64,000 nucleotides of DNA from Takakia lepidozioides (taxonomy: Eukaryota > Plantae > Bryophyta). Within the stretch, counting starts at the first letter, position 1. Each line of letters starts with the position of its first letter. The stretch is from positions 6,696,001-6,760,000 of the forward strand of contig CM060734.1 of NCBI GenBank assembly GCA_030704615.1. The letters are read 5' to 3'. Below are positions 11,796 through 24,169 of this stretch, piece by piece. The notes under the pieces are model-generated. The model worked only from the letters and a program-made list of their open reading frames with translations. It was not told where the DNA came from and searched no databases. The position numbers were made by a program, and so were the translations under genes.

Positions 11796-13884
11796 AAATG
11801 GTAAGACATTGGTAGATGTGAACAGAATGATTCGGGCATTGTATTCAAGTTGCTTTAGGATAAATAATACCAAAGTAACCTGCAGGCCTGATGGGACGAG
11901 CAATTCAGATTCTTTGTGTTTCCTATGGATGATTGCATGGCATGTAAATCTGATTACAGCCTGTTATGGTAATGATTTCCCTACCCCGGACATAGAACTT
12001 GGTCTTGGGGCATGGAATAAGAGGTGGGAATATTACTCTATCCTGTCATTGAAATTACACACTAGCCCCAGATCTAAAACAGATCATGGGGCAAAAAACA
12101 TGGTGTCAATAAGTGACTTGATGTGCAAAGTAGGGCAGCTGATTATAACCTGTTGTATAAGCTGCCAAATATCAGTCCGTAACCCTGCTTTGGTGATGTT
12201 CTTTATGTAAAGAAATGCTCTTATTTTGTTCTTAAGCCTTCTATGATCATAAATGGCTTCTTTAAGACAAACAGACATTTCCAGCCATGAACAGTGATCA
12301 ATGGATCTTTATTTGGACATGGATACTTACTGCTCAGTCACTTTGGTATGTCCAATGATACAAAGAACCCAAAACTATACTAGTTTTTGGGCCAACAATA
12401 AATGAGGATGGTTGGTTATGCCTTGGTATGTAAGCTGACCAAAAAATACAGACTGAATGACATGGCATGTCATGAATGGCACTTTTTAGCATGTTGAACA
12501 ATGGTTTCCTACTATGAACAGTGGTAATCGAGTCTCTAATTTTTCCCACCCCCCCCACCCAGAGACTTCATTGACTTTGAAGTCTGGGATTTGTCATAAA
12601 GCTGACTTGTGAATGAAGAATGGTTGATAATGCCTTGTTATGAGGCTGATTTGTCGTTAATTTTACAATGACCTTGTCAGGTCTTTGTCCATGTCTCAAC
12701 AAGACATAAGTATCTTCCCTCTCTGATTTAGACCAGTGTACTTGGTGGTTCTTGTACACATTATCAACCAATCTCCCTTCTGTTTTCAGTTTTAGGTTTG
12801 ATTTACTAACACCTTGGTCTGAGCATGACAAAAGGTTATCAAATATGTTCCTGATTGAAGTGATGAACCCAAGGCAATGGGAAGGCCAAAGCCATGAGAT
12901 ATCAGCCTCCTCTCCCGCCATGACCATGGTGTGGAGCAAGCAAGTCCTTCATAAGGTAAGATCTTCTCCAGCAAAAATATGTTGGCTAATTGGGCATGGA
13001 GAGTAAGGCATCCTTGAAGGTACCTGAGATAAGCATAGAACATCTATAGGGCTTCTGAATGCTGAAATTTTGAGCTAGGCCTTGGTAAGACAGCCTGCTG
13101 GAATAGACGTGTACACCTTATACATGATCCGGTCAGTGCACATTACTCTTGTTTGCCGGTCCCATGTAGCCGATGCCTTATGTCAGATTTAGATACCTTA
13201 TGATACGAATGAGTTCCTTTTCTTTGGCTCAAATGTTTCTATGTTTCTCCTGGTTATGGCTTTGCTCTTTATAGCACCATAAAAAATACCCAATTCTGAT
13301 ATGTTGCTGGTAGATGTTTTGTCTGAATACAAGGTGGTAAACCCCTGCCAGACTTCATTACCTAAGTCCCAATACTTGCCCCCTTTGGTTTTGTACACAT
13401 GTTTTACCCAAAACAAGGGGTGGGTAAACACTAAAAGTCTGATATAAGATTCTTTCCTGATTGTTAATTTATGACCTTGGGAATTGAGGGTTCTTTCACC
13501 GGCCTCTTCTTCCGGTCACCAGAGCTTATATATAAACTAAAAGGTAAAACTCTACATTTTGATGTATGTGTTGATGTACCTTCGTTTGTGTCACAACTTG
13601 CCAACTTGGAACATGCCAATGGCAGAAAAATTCATTGCCTAAACCTACCCCCATTGGTTTTGTACACATGCGGTACCCAAAAATATGGGCTAGGTAAACA
13701 CTAAAGGGTTGATAAAAGTTTCTTTCCTGTTTGTTGCTTCATGAATTTTGGAGTTAAGGTCCCTTCATTGGCCTCATCTTTCCATTATCAGAGCTTATGT
13801 GTAGCTAAAAGGTAAAACTCTACATTCTGATGTAAGTGTTGATGTACCTTTGATTGTCACGGCTTGTTTTGTTTGTTGACCTTG
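11796..13884. other. Foreign AT-richer filler replacing the RT C-terminal half of the chromovirus; contains a diverged tandem duplication of ~270-bp period
   Basis: Pol homology stops at ~13885 (..[12 protein letters not shown]) and resumes at ~11795. 13379-13590 resembles 13648-13860. Confidence 0.7.
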
Positions 13885-14591
13885 GAGAGTTGATCCAACC
13901 ACTCCTGAAAAAGGCTGTTCATCAGCGTGCTAAATGTCGCTAGTGCATTGGTGAGCCCAAAAGGCATCACCAAGAACTCATATGAACCATACCTTGTCAT
14001 GCACGCGGTCTTCTCCTCATCTCCTTCCGCCACCCGAATTTAATGATAGCCGGAGCGCAAGTCGATCCGGCTGAAATACTTCGCTCTTGCCAACCGATCG
14101 AAGAGGTCGTCGATCCTTGGCAAAGGGTACCGGTTTTTGATAGTTACCTTATTCAGAGCCCTGTAATCGACACACATCCGCAGCGTCCCATCCTTTTTAT
14201 CTGCAAATAGCACCGGGGCTCCGTAAGGTGACTTACTCGGCCGGATGTACCCCTTTGACATTAGATCTTTGAGCTGAGTCTTCAGCTCGACCAACTCTCT
14301 GTGGCTCAACCGGTAGGGCGCCTTGGCAGGCGATTCCGATCCCGGTATCACCTCAATCTTGTGGTCAACTCGTTTTCGCGGTGGCAAACCGCTTGGTAAA
14401 TCCTCCAGCATCACATCCTGGTATTTCTCCAAAATCCCCTTGATCCAATCTGGGCTCGGCTCCCCATCGCCTTCTCCCTTCACTTCTCTAATGTAGAGCA
14501 AAAACTGGGGCTCGTGTGCCTCCTCCACGGCCCACTCCCTTGCTGACATAAGGTTTATTCGCCCTCCCACGGCCCTCCCTTTGATTTCCAC
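13885..14591 (-). pseudogene. pol: Reverse transcriptase N-half (no protease seen upstream)
   Basis: [38 protein letters not shown]; no YxDD, and no D[ST]G protease motif between gag and RT. Confidence 0.92.
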
Positions 14592-15427
14592 GTGCCATTG
14601 TCGCCGCGTGGCCTATCCCACTTCTTTTCCGGTCGGAAGGAGTCACCTTCCTGCCGGGTCTTCTTGTGGTTCAGCTCCGTACGACCTTGTCTTTCACCCC
14701 TAGGGACATCCGAGAAACATTCAGCCCTCTCAATTGCCTTGTTCAAAGTCTTAGGTGGCTTCTCCTCCAACTTCCGCCTGGCCCATGGGGCCAGTCCCGC
14801 CACAAAGTTGAAGACCATTTCCGGTTCTGCCATGTCCGCGACTTCGAGCAAAAGCACATTGAAAGCCTGGACATATCCCCGAATGTCATCTGTTTGCTTC
14901 AAATTCCTCATCTTGTCCCGGGCAAGCCAGGACGCGTTGAGGGGCACAAACCGTCTCTTCATCAATTCCTTGAACCCACTCCAGTTCAAGGTTTCCGGGC
15001 TTGGACCTCGGTTGTGAAGGCATTTCTGCCACCATTGTTGAGCATAGCCCCTCAAATAGGTGGGAGCCACTTCCACCCGATCCTCGTCACTCAACTTGGC
15101 CGCTCGGAAGTACTACTCTAGCTCCAGGAGCCAGGTGTTGAGTGCCTTCCGATTTCGGACGCCCTCGAAGGTGCCGGGTTCCTTAGGCTTCACCTTAAAC
15201 TTTGCCTTAGTGGAAGTGGCATTAGCCGCCTTCAACACGTCTTTCAATGTCCCGCCAAATTGCGCCAACAACCCTTCCCAAAAGGCTGCCGGCATGGGAG
15301 GCATCTGTTGGTCGGTCGGAGCTCTCAGGGATTCCTCGGGCTCCGACTCCTCAGATTCCTCCCGCTCTTGAGCGGCCTCGTTTTCGGAGACATGCATCGC
15401 TTCCTCAAACGGCCGCCTCGGTGACAC
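14555..15427 (-). pseudogene. gag: Gag of chromovirus
   Basis: KPKEPGTFEG..LNTWL; YLRGYAQQWW; LKQTDDIRGYVQAF; FVAGL; stop at 15113. Confidence 0.9.
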
Positions 15428-15542
15428 GTCGCCCCATCTGGCTCACCAGGATCATCATCTTTTGGGCCGTTCTGCTTTCGCTTTGGCTTGCCCGACCCCA
15501 TGATGAGGCCAATCCCAAGGACGATCACGTACTGAGCTCTAA

Positions 15543-15554
15543 GCTCTGATACCA
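15543..15554 (-). promoter_or_regulatory. Primer binding site (tRNA-iMet)
   Basis: Minus-strand TGGTATCAGAGC, 2 nt after the 5' LTR. Confidence 0.95.
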
Positions 15555-15556
15555 AG

Positions 15557-16283
15557 TGTCGCGCACCTCACTTCGGTAAGCTCCCCTTCAAGTCATAGTT
15601 GCTAGCTTGATGCGCGCGCCTAACTCCCAACCTGGCCGCCGGACCAACTTGGAGCTTCGGCTGCTCACCGGGGCATAACGGTCCCCCTTTGATCTCCCAA
15701 AGAACCCTCCACCGATTTGGAACCAGCGGGAATTCCCTTTGGTAGTTGGCAGTCCGGAACAGCTCCCCACTCTTTGGTCACTTTCCGGCTCGCTCGCTTA
15801 CTCACTAGTTTTTGGTCACCAACGGGCTTGCACCGTTCTCGGGGTTACTACTCCCTATATATACTTTTGTAGCTGTCCGTGGGGGTTTCACAACCAGCCA
15901 TGCCATTTTATGGCGAACCACCACGAAAATCCTCGACTCCCGGTGATGAGTCGCGGTGAGTCTTGGCCCACTCGCCACGGCCCCTATGGACCGTGATGAG
16001 TCCCAAGACTCCCCACGACTCCCACCACGAGGTCTCCGCCCCCATGGTGAGTCCTATGCCACCCCCACTAAGTCCCGCTAAGCTACCACCACCCCTTGTG
16101 GAGCCACCCCCACCGCAACCCGGTGTGCGGGGCTCCACCTAGTGAGCGCCTCCGCCTCCTTGAGTGCCTTGGGCACTCAAGGGTGCTTCAGCCCCCCCAT
16201 ACCTATCGCTGCCGCTACCCCCACCACAGGGGCAGCCCCTCATGTGTCCCGACCACCTGCCCTCAAGGCAAAGGGCCGCGACA
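15557..16283 (-). repeat. 5' LTR of chromovirus
   Basis: TG..CA ends, adjacent PBS, outer TSD GTGCG. Confidence 0.97.
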
Positions 16284-16753
16284 GTGCGGGCTCCAATAAT
16301 GGAGCATCTGGGTCCCACGTACCCACCAATCATCATGTAACGTGTTCATCACGCCAGCGGTGGATGAACCGCTACCTCTTTCTCATCCACAGGGAATAGT
16401 TTGTAATCTGCCACCAAAGTCCATCCCCCGGATGGAAATTCGGCGCCGCATTTACATCGAAGGGGGGATGGACTTCGTCGTCTCGAGTGGCTATAGACCC
16501 ACCTGGCACTTACGGCCCATAGTTTGCATGGCACGGAAGGAAACTGAAACGGCTACATTCATGGAGCAGCCAATCTTCATCCGTGCAGGTTCATGTAGGG
16601 GGGAAATTTAAATGTGCCCTCGAGTGTTAGTGAGGAATTGCAGCGTTTGCAAACACATTGTCATGTCCTTGAACTACTTCCAGCCACCGCGCTGCTGCCT
16701 CCTCCATCCGGGAGCTGCTGTCATTGAGCGTACTCCGCTAATCTTTTGCAAGG

Positions 16754-17320
16754 ATGTCGTGCCGCCGCAATCCTGCTGACTGCCCTTATCATGGCCATGA
16801 TTATGCGATGTTCAAACCAAAATCAGGAGACATCATTGTGTGGCTCTTTGTTTTCACTGACAAGCGAGAGTCTTTGCGTGCAATGGAGTATTTGGAGGGC
16901 TATTACCGCTTTGAGCAAGGTGAGGGCGAGGGTCAATGCGGTCCGTGGGTCCTGAAAATTGTTGACCTCGATATACCAAGCTGGAATGGGATGCCGGACA
17001 GATCACGCACGGCCTCGCTTTGGCGCTGGAACTGCTGCCAGTGGACCAGCGAGGACGGCACCAGGGAAAACTATATTCGTGGAGTTCACTCCGCTCTTCT
17101 AGTGTATGGAGACATTCGGCTGAGTTGCGAAGACGAATCGCACGGGCAAATGAGGCCCACAGTGACCTTGTCAATGTATGATGGTGGTATCATTGATGGG
17201 CATGACATCGTCGTCAGCTCCACCAAGGGCACCAAAACGACCGCATTGCAGTTTACCTGGAGGTGCCGCGTCAGTAATGAGCTTGTTTTGAGGGCTATCA
17301 AAGTTCCGTCGACTTGGTGA
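16754..17320 (+). CDS. Hypothetical 188-aa Cys/Trp-rich protein (multi-copy, TE-associated)
   Basis: Open ORF with two diverged paralogues in the window (4914-5255, 36097-36558), conserved at protein level, and 3' UTR motifs shared with the 36 kb copy. May be a terminal exon (tttgcaag precedes the ATG). Confidence 0.75.
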   Translation: MSCRRNPADCPYHGHDYAMFKPKSGDIIVWLFVFTDKRESLRAMEYLEGYYRFEQGEGEGQCGPWVLKIVDLDIPSWNGMPDRSRTASLWRWNCCQWTSEDGTRENYIRGVHSALLVYGDIRLSCEDESHGQMRPTVTLSMYDGGIIDGHDIVVSSTKGTKTTALQFTWRCRVSNELVLRAIKVPSTW

Positions 17321-17589
17321 AGGCGGAAGACAAAAGGGCTTAGATTTGTTTGGAGTTGCTAAATGTGACACACCGTGTTCGATCAATAAAACAACCCATC
17401 GTCCCTCACTACTGTGTGCTGAGTTTCATTGTAGTCAAGAACTGCTGTAATTGGCCCACTGTTTACAATTTGTGGTCTCATTTCTACAATGTATCTGTCC
17501 ACATCAATATATCAGAGTCAGCGATATCAGAGTCCTGAGGTGAAGGAAATCCATCTATGAGTATAAGGAAACATGTACATGCCCAAGCT

Positions 17590-18490
17590 CGGAAATGCGA
17601 CACTGCATTTCATTTTTTTCCATGCAGCGATTTCCGGCAGCTCCCACTCCTCCATTGTGGTCGTAACGGAAATGCGGTACCGCATTTCCTTTCTTGACAT
17701 GGCATTTCCACACTTCGAATTCCAAATGCGGCACCACATTTCCATATTCGACCTTGAATTGTCCAAGCATGTCCAATCGCCAATGCATGTCCATGTCCGT
17801 TCTGGAAATGCGGCACCGCATTTCCATGTCCGTCATCAAAATTTCGTATTGGACAATGGAATGCGGCACCGCATTTCCGTCCAGCACAATGGAATGTGGT
17901 GCCGCATTTCCGTCAAAGGGTCTGGAATTGGAAAAACAACGATGTCCGTTCTGAAAATGCGGCACCGTATTTCCATGTCCGTCATCGAAATTTCGTATTG
18001 GACAATGGAATGCGGTGCCGCATTTCCATCGAAGGGTCTGGAATTGGACAAACATCCATCTTCAAAATGGAAATGCGGCACCGCATTTCCATGTCCGTCA
18101 TCGAAATTTCGTATTGGACAATGGAATGCGGTGCCGCAGTTCCGTCGAAGGGTCTGGAATTGGACAAACATCCATCTCCAAAATGGAAATGCGGCACCGC
18201 ATTTCCATGTCCGCCATGGGAATAACGTGTTCGACCTCTGAATGCAGCGTCGCATTTTCATTTACCTCAATGGAAGGAGCTGGCAATCGGCAAAACTTCC
18301 ATGTCGAAAACGGAAATGCGGCACCGTATTTCCGTTTGGCCGAACGGTTTCTGATGTCCAAAACAGGAAACGGAAAATTGTTCTTGCCCCGGTTATGGAA
18401 ATGCGGTGCCGCATTTCCAAACGATGTATTTGCAGTTGCCACATTTCCGTTTTCCCGTTCCGACATGGAAATGCGGCGCCGCATTTCCGG
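17590..18490. repeat. Array of ~15 palindromes GGAAATGCGG(C/T)(A/G)CCGCATTTCC, partly within a ~116-bp higher-order unit
   Basis: Directly visible at e.g. 17668, 17803, 18069, 18185, 18397, 18467. Confidence 0.92.
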
Positions 18491-18613
18491 TTTTGGGAAG
18501 GACGTGGTTTGATAGATGGTGTCGTTTAGAAGCACATGGGAGAGGGGACATCAATAGCGTGGAGAAATTCCTTTATATACTCTGGAAGAGAATGTAAATG
18601 TACAGAGAGTTAA

Positions 18614-21600
18614 TTACCAATCTTGAAAATCATCATCACTATCATCATCCTGTCCTTGACTGTCCTGCTCCCCTTCCACCCCACCTTTCTCATGTCCAGC
18701 GGACTGCTCGTTGGCGAGGCTTTCGAAAATCCCATCTTCCCCTTGCGGAACTGACCATGTCACCTCCGTTGGGTTGTCGTCCTCCCTGTTTGCATTGCTC
18801 TCTTCCGCTGAATCACATATATACTTCCGCACCCATCTACCTGTCTCAGCTGCTGCCAACTCTTTCCTTATCCTTCTGTCCTCCCTAGCCCTCTCCAAAA
18901 TCAGCTCTACTTTATTGGGATTCTCACATCGTCTAATCGCTGTATTTGTAAGTTTAGCTGCATAACTAGGAAGGGAGTAGTCCTTCACCGGGCTCTTCAT
19001 GAAGTCGGTCCTCGCAAAGAACAGGACATTCTCCCTAGCAAGAAATGTAGGCGCCACTGGTTTTGACCCGGATCTTGGAATCCTGCACATATCAATCACC
19101 CACTAGACCAATGAAAACCACAGTCCGAAAATGCGTGGGACAAAAAATCACCCAGAAGGCTTTGCAAACTTACAATGTTTGCACTCACTCGTATTCCAGG
19201 TTCTCCTCGGCATCAATGTCCACTGTCTCTTCCTCCGAGTCCGACGAATCATCCGAGGAATCTTTGGCTACGATGGGAGCCTTCACATTCTGTGGAAGCC
19301 CTTCCAGATGGGATCCCCAGATGGATGTGTCCTCCTCGTAGGCAAAGAGGTGCCGGTCGGAAAACCGCCCAGCCCACATTGAGGCACCTGTTAGAATGGC
19401 ATCCACTCATTAAAACATGGCCCTTCAGAAATGACGAATTTAAACATAATGAGAATTTGCAGAACAGCATAGTACAAGAATCAGCATACCTGTTCCACAT
19501 ATGAGGTCCAGCACTCTGCCCTCCAAGTCAGTGCATGCCTCCATAATTGTCTGGATGAAGGCAGGGCTCCGAGTCTGTGAGTACCGCAGGGGATCCGTTG
19601 AAGTGAGGCTATGAGGGAGGAGTTCCGTGGGAACGTTGTTGAACAGGACGTCGTAATCGATGGGGTCGCAGTTCAGGTCAACCAACAATCCATCATTCCG
19701 GAAAGCAAAGGTCGAGTTCTCCTTCACAAAGCAGTATGCATCGAACTGCTTCGTCTACATACACAGTGGGGAACAATTAGAAATCGAATGCGGCACCGCA
19801 TTTCAAAACAGCTTACAAAATGAAAGGACGATTGCCAATGTCGTAATCACCTTCTTCCCTCCCGACCGAAGGCCCAATGTGTTGATGCACGTCTATTTCT
19901 TCTTCAGAATTGGGATGGCGCTCTTGCGGGTCCACTTCGCAATTCCTGCCTCCGTGTTTTTGCCTCTGCTCGCCAGGACAACCACACAACCTCTATCGTC
20001 CAACACCATGCGGGCGAGCCCGAATCTTTTTTTCCAAAAGTCCTCGGAGTACCTGTTCCAAGATGGCAAAGCTTGCAATCCTTCCACAGGCTCTCCGTCC
20101 GGAATATCCAAGATGATCATATCGCAAGACCACTTGGTGGCTTTTCCGCCCCTCCTGCAATCCTTCCTTGCACACACCTTCTCAAAGAACGAGACCATCT
20201 TCAGAAACCCAGGGGTGTCGGAAGGCTCTTCGGCAGCCGCCTTCTTCAGTGGTCTGCCCTTCAGACCCTCCATGGTCTTGATGTATGCCAACTTGGCTGC
20301 CCCTCCATCCAAAGCCGCCAAGAAACTGTCATTGACACACTGAACTACTGTTTCTGGCTCCACTTTCGGCCTCTTCATTTCCACCGGCTCGAAAGGGTGC
20401 CCCCTCGGGGGGGTTGAAGAGTGTCTTCTTTGCTGAGCCCGTTCTCATCCCTTTCGTGACAACGGTGGGCACAAGGGATTTCGGCTGCGTTTCGGGGGGG
20501 TGGGCTGGTTGCAAAGTCTCCATCGGAGTCCTCTTCGTCACCCTCTTCCTACTCTTTCTGTTTTTGCTTCTTCGTCTTCTTGGGTGTCACAAGTGCTGCT
20601 CCTTGCTGTCGAGTCCTCTTCTTTGACCCCTTCTATTGAGCCTGCACAGCTGCATCCACCGTCTTCTGTGTCATCTCAGCTGCCTTTCTGGATTGTTTGA
20701 GAGCAGCAGCGTCCTTTGCCGACTCAGGCCCAGCAGGGACACGTCTTTCCTTTCTCTTCTTCTCCGCTTTTGTGTGCAAATCTTTCTCCGATTCGTCAAC
20801 GAGTCCGCCAGACATGTCCAGGTACCACGGGCATCCAACGAGATGCGCGGCATGCCATTGTTTCTGCATCTCAGGTGTATAGACACAGCTTGGGCCCACC
20901 ACGGTCCAAGCCATGAAGAACGGGGGCTCTTGAGCCAAGGCCCCTATCTAAAGAAACACGTATTTCATATACCTGCAAGACAGTCAGCATGCGTGAGCAC
21001 AAGTTATGACCAATGTATTCGCAGAGTGCAACCGAAAACATAAAGTGCAAATGCGGTGCCGCATTTCCCAGGCAAACCTCATAACCCAGCTTTTGCATAC
21101 AACGGGAGCTGGGCTTCACCTGTACACAATTCGCATTGCAGCTTTTCCCGCCCCCTCCTGATGTGTAAACTCCACGCTCCTTCTTGCTGTCTGCAGCTCC
21201 CTGGCAAAGAGGTTGTCATTGTACGCACATCTGAAACGTGTCACGTAGTCTTCCAATGTCTGTGTTCCATCCCATTTCACGTACAAGCCGAACGAATTTG
21301 TATGCATTATGACTTGCTCCTTGCATTCGTCATTACCTGCGTTTCCAACATGCATTGTCACATAGCAGTTCACGGAATTCATTCCAGCAAAGCAAATCGG
21401 GGGAAGTACCTTGAATTACCTGGAACCACCAAGTCATGTGGTTGAGCCACACATCCACTGCAGGGTCGGAAATTTCGAGTGGAAAAGACCACATGGTCCT
21501 TATACTCTCCGATGCATTCCAGATTGACAGCCACCGTGTTTGCCATTTCCGATCCAATGTCAGGAGCAAGAAGTAGAGTGGCTATTGCTAGGAAGGAACT

Positions 21601-22240
21601 TCAGTGCATTGAAACCTCACCGTCTCTTTCGCCTCCACACATGCCGTTGACAAGTGATGCAGTTTTGCCAACTGCATGGTCGGCTGCATGGCCCGAGAAT
21701 AGTGTTTTGCAATCTCGGAGATGAAGTCCTTTCCAAGTGCCGGATCTGCAATGGCCACCAGCTTCACAAGCTTTGACTTGTATTTGGTTCTGGACTTGAC
21801 CCCGGCTTCCTTCAAGTGCTCAGGCAATGACTGCAATGTTTTTAACTGCCCCTCACTTTCCATGAAGAAGCGTTTGGCATGGGCCAAATCCAGCTTGATG
21901 TTTGACTGCCAAGAAAAACATGCAGAAGCATTACATTCGATCCATGTGGAAAGGTGACTGGAAATTGGGGAAGGACGAGCAGAGGAAAATGGGAGGACGA
22001 CTTATTTCGTATATCACCTCCACCATTCCATCCAGTGAGACGATACCATGTCCAGTCTGTTTTTGCCACGGCTTTTTGAATGAGCTCGGGCTCCAGCATT
22101 TCGGCGAACATGTGCGGGTCAGTGAGACCAGTTTTCCCCACCCTGTACAACATATGTGCCATGTGTGTATGCACGTAAGCATTTTCAGTGACCCTGCAAG
22201 GCACACTCTCCAGTTCAATCCACTGAAGCACGGAAACAAA
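18614..22240 (-). pseudogene. Multi-exon gene with a C-terminal beta-class amino (N4C/N6A) DNA-methyltransferase-like domain, copy A
   Basis: CDMIILDIPDG (motif IV-like), ARMVLDDRGCVVV, RSPAFIQTIMEACTDLEGRVLDLICGT|GASMWAGRFSDRHLFAYEED (motifs X-I-II), in IV-before-I order. GT-AG introns at 19388-19489, ending at 19755, and at 20973-21119. Confidence 0.78.
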
Positions 22241-24169
22241 ACTGATTGGAAACCGAAATGCGGCACCGCATTTCGGACGTGCTTGGGAGGGTATGAGAAT
22301 CTTACGAGTTGAGGTTCGCCATGGCATTCTTGAGCAGGGAGGAGTTTTCCGCCTTCACCTTGAGGATGACACACTCCACCATGTCCGCGTGGCAAGTTTG
22401 TTGCCAACAATGCCACTTATCGACACTCCGGCCGATCGATACTGGATGTCCTGAAGCTTCTCCATCTTGATTCCAAATCCCAGTTGGGGAAGATAAACTT
22501 CGAAGAAATAGAAGTGAGGCAGGTGAAGTGTCTGCCAAGGATTGTTGATGGTTATGTTGTCTACGATGTTCCACCAACGACGAACACATCCCCAGCAGGT
22601 CAGCTTGACAGCATGGACCGCAAGTACAACGGGAATCCATGGGCGGTGACGAAGACATCGAACTTGAAGCTTCCTATCATTGGCACAAAAGGCGGCGCAG
22701 TCAGGTGAGGTGTTTTTTTGGTTCCTGCTCATTGCCCACTGTGCTCTTGTAGTCGGCCTTGACTTCCACACTGAAGTTTCTGCATAAGACGTTCACTACA
22801 TGTTGTCATCCACTGACTCGCATTTAGGTATGTATACTGCGTTGGTGCACTGAGATGTGTCCGTGGAACGTGCCCATTCTTCCTCAGGGAGGTCACCCAC
22901 AACGAGATTCATTGGATGGGGCATTACAATGGTCAGTTCAAACCGCAAAGCCAGGTGCCCCCGAACACCTTCGTCTGTGCTCACTGCAACCATGCACCTA
23001 CATGCATGCACACCTACCGTGCCAAAATGTTCTACGTGACAGGACCACCAATGATGACCAGAGCAGCCGTGCATGTGGGCATTCATTCACATCCATTTGC
23101 ACCTGGAGCATGCAGGGAAGAAGCTGTGAAAGCCAAATCTGCATTTGCTGAAGAAATCCATAGGTCACCCTCTGCAAGGCCAAAATCAGTCCAACTGTCT
23201 GCTGCTCAGTCCATTGCCATGGACAAGGTGTTATTGCCAGGTGCAACCGAGAGATGGAAGCTTGATGATGAGCAGTTCAAGGAGCTCATGGAGGAGGTCG
23301 ATGCCATGGGCAAATGTAGTGTTCGTTACGAGACAAAGAAAAAAAAAACAGAAATGGGGCTTGGGAGTGAAGTAGAAACTTTGCTGACAATGAAAAAGTG
23401 TAGCGGGTACGACTATTTCCAGGGGAGCCGGTTCCTAGGGCAAGGGAGTGTGGATGAAAGATGTTTCATATTCAAAATGTCAACTGTTGGAAAGGGTTGT
23501 GGAGTCCATGTGGTCGACATGATGCGTCCCGGGGGGGAGCTAGGAAGGAGCTGGATTATGTTCGACAACGTGAAGCGAATAAACGGGTGGAGTACAATGG
23601 CTTGTCACATGTATCATCCAAATTTTTGCAAGCTCATGACGATCGCAATTTGCAAAATGAAATGTGAGGATACAGAATCACAGAAGATCATGTGGGAATG
23701 CATCAATGATCAGATGCTGCGAGCAGGGAAGGGGCGACTGCAATTTCGGGGATTCATGGCTGACAATGCAAATGCCAACTGGGCTGTTGTTCGTCAAGTG
23801 TATGGAGGTGGGGAACCGATGCCCGATTGTAAGAGAACATGTGGGTTCCACTAGGGTCAGAGTCTCCAGAAGTGGACCAAAAAATACATCTCCGAAAACC
23901 TCCATCATGCACATGTTCAGCTTTGTACGAAGTGGAGAGCAACAAATACAGAGGCGGAAGCAGAGGTCTCATTTCTGGCCATCCGAGCATGGTGGTCGTC
24001 TTCAGGTGCCGCTTGAGATGAAGATGTTCCCCGGCTGGAGAGCTGGCTGTCGTGGTGGACATACTGCTACTATCAACTTGGAGGCTATGTTCGGAATGTA
24101 AGAATTCAGTTTTTGCATGCAATGTCTTTTTACGCCCACTTATTTCAGCTTTGTTCACGTGAGCAAAGC

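Larger units (their letters stand above)
8240..16283 (-). mobile_element. Ty3/Gypsy chromovirus LTR retrotransposon, LTR-bounded with TSD, internally deleted
   Basis: Two 727-bp TG..CA LTRs; 5-bp TSD GTGCG (8235-8239, 16284-16288); PBS TGGTATCAGAGC (tRNA-iMet); gag, RT, RNH, INT and chromodomain remnants. Confidence 0.97.

Noticed and set aside
11960-12560. P-loop-like strings (SGVGKS, GGVGK) in the filler
   Set aside because: They are surrounded by stops and no supporting helicase or NB-ARC motifs could be placed in order.
17590-18490. CRISPR-like array of palindromic repeats
   Set aside because: The spacers are themselves repeated and irregular in length, there are no cas genes, and the context is eukaryotic TE.
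17555-18597. Overlapping 100-220 aa ORFs on both strands
   Set aside because: Artefacts of translating the palindromic repeat array.
18614-22240. Bacterial restriction-modification contaminant
   Set aside because: The gene has spliceosomal-type introns, one conserved between paralogues, and is embedded among plant TEs; no restriction nuclease is seen.
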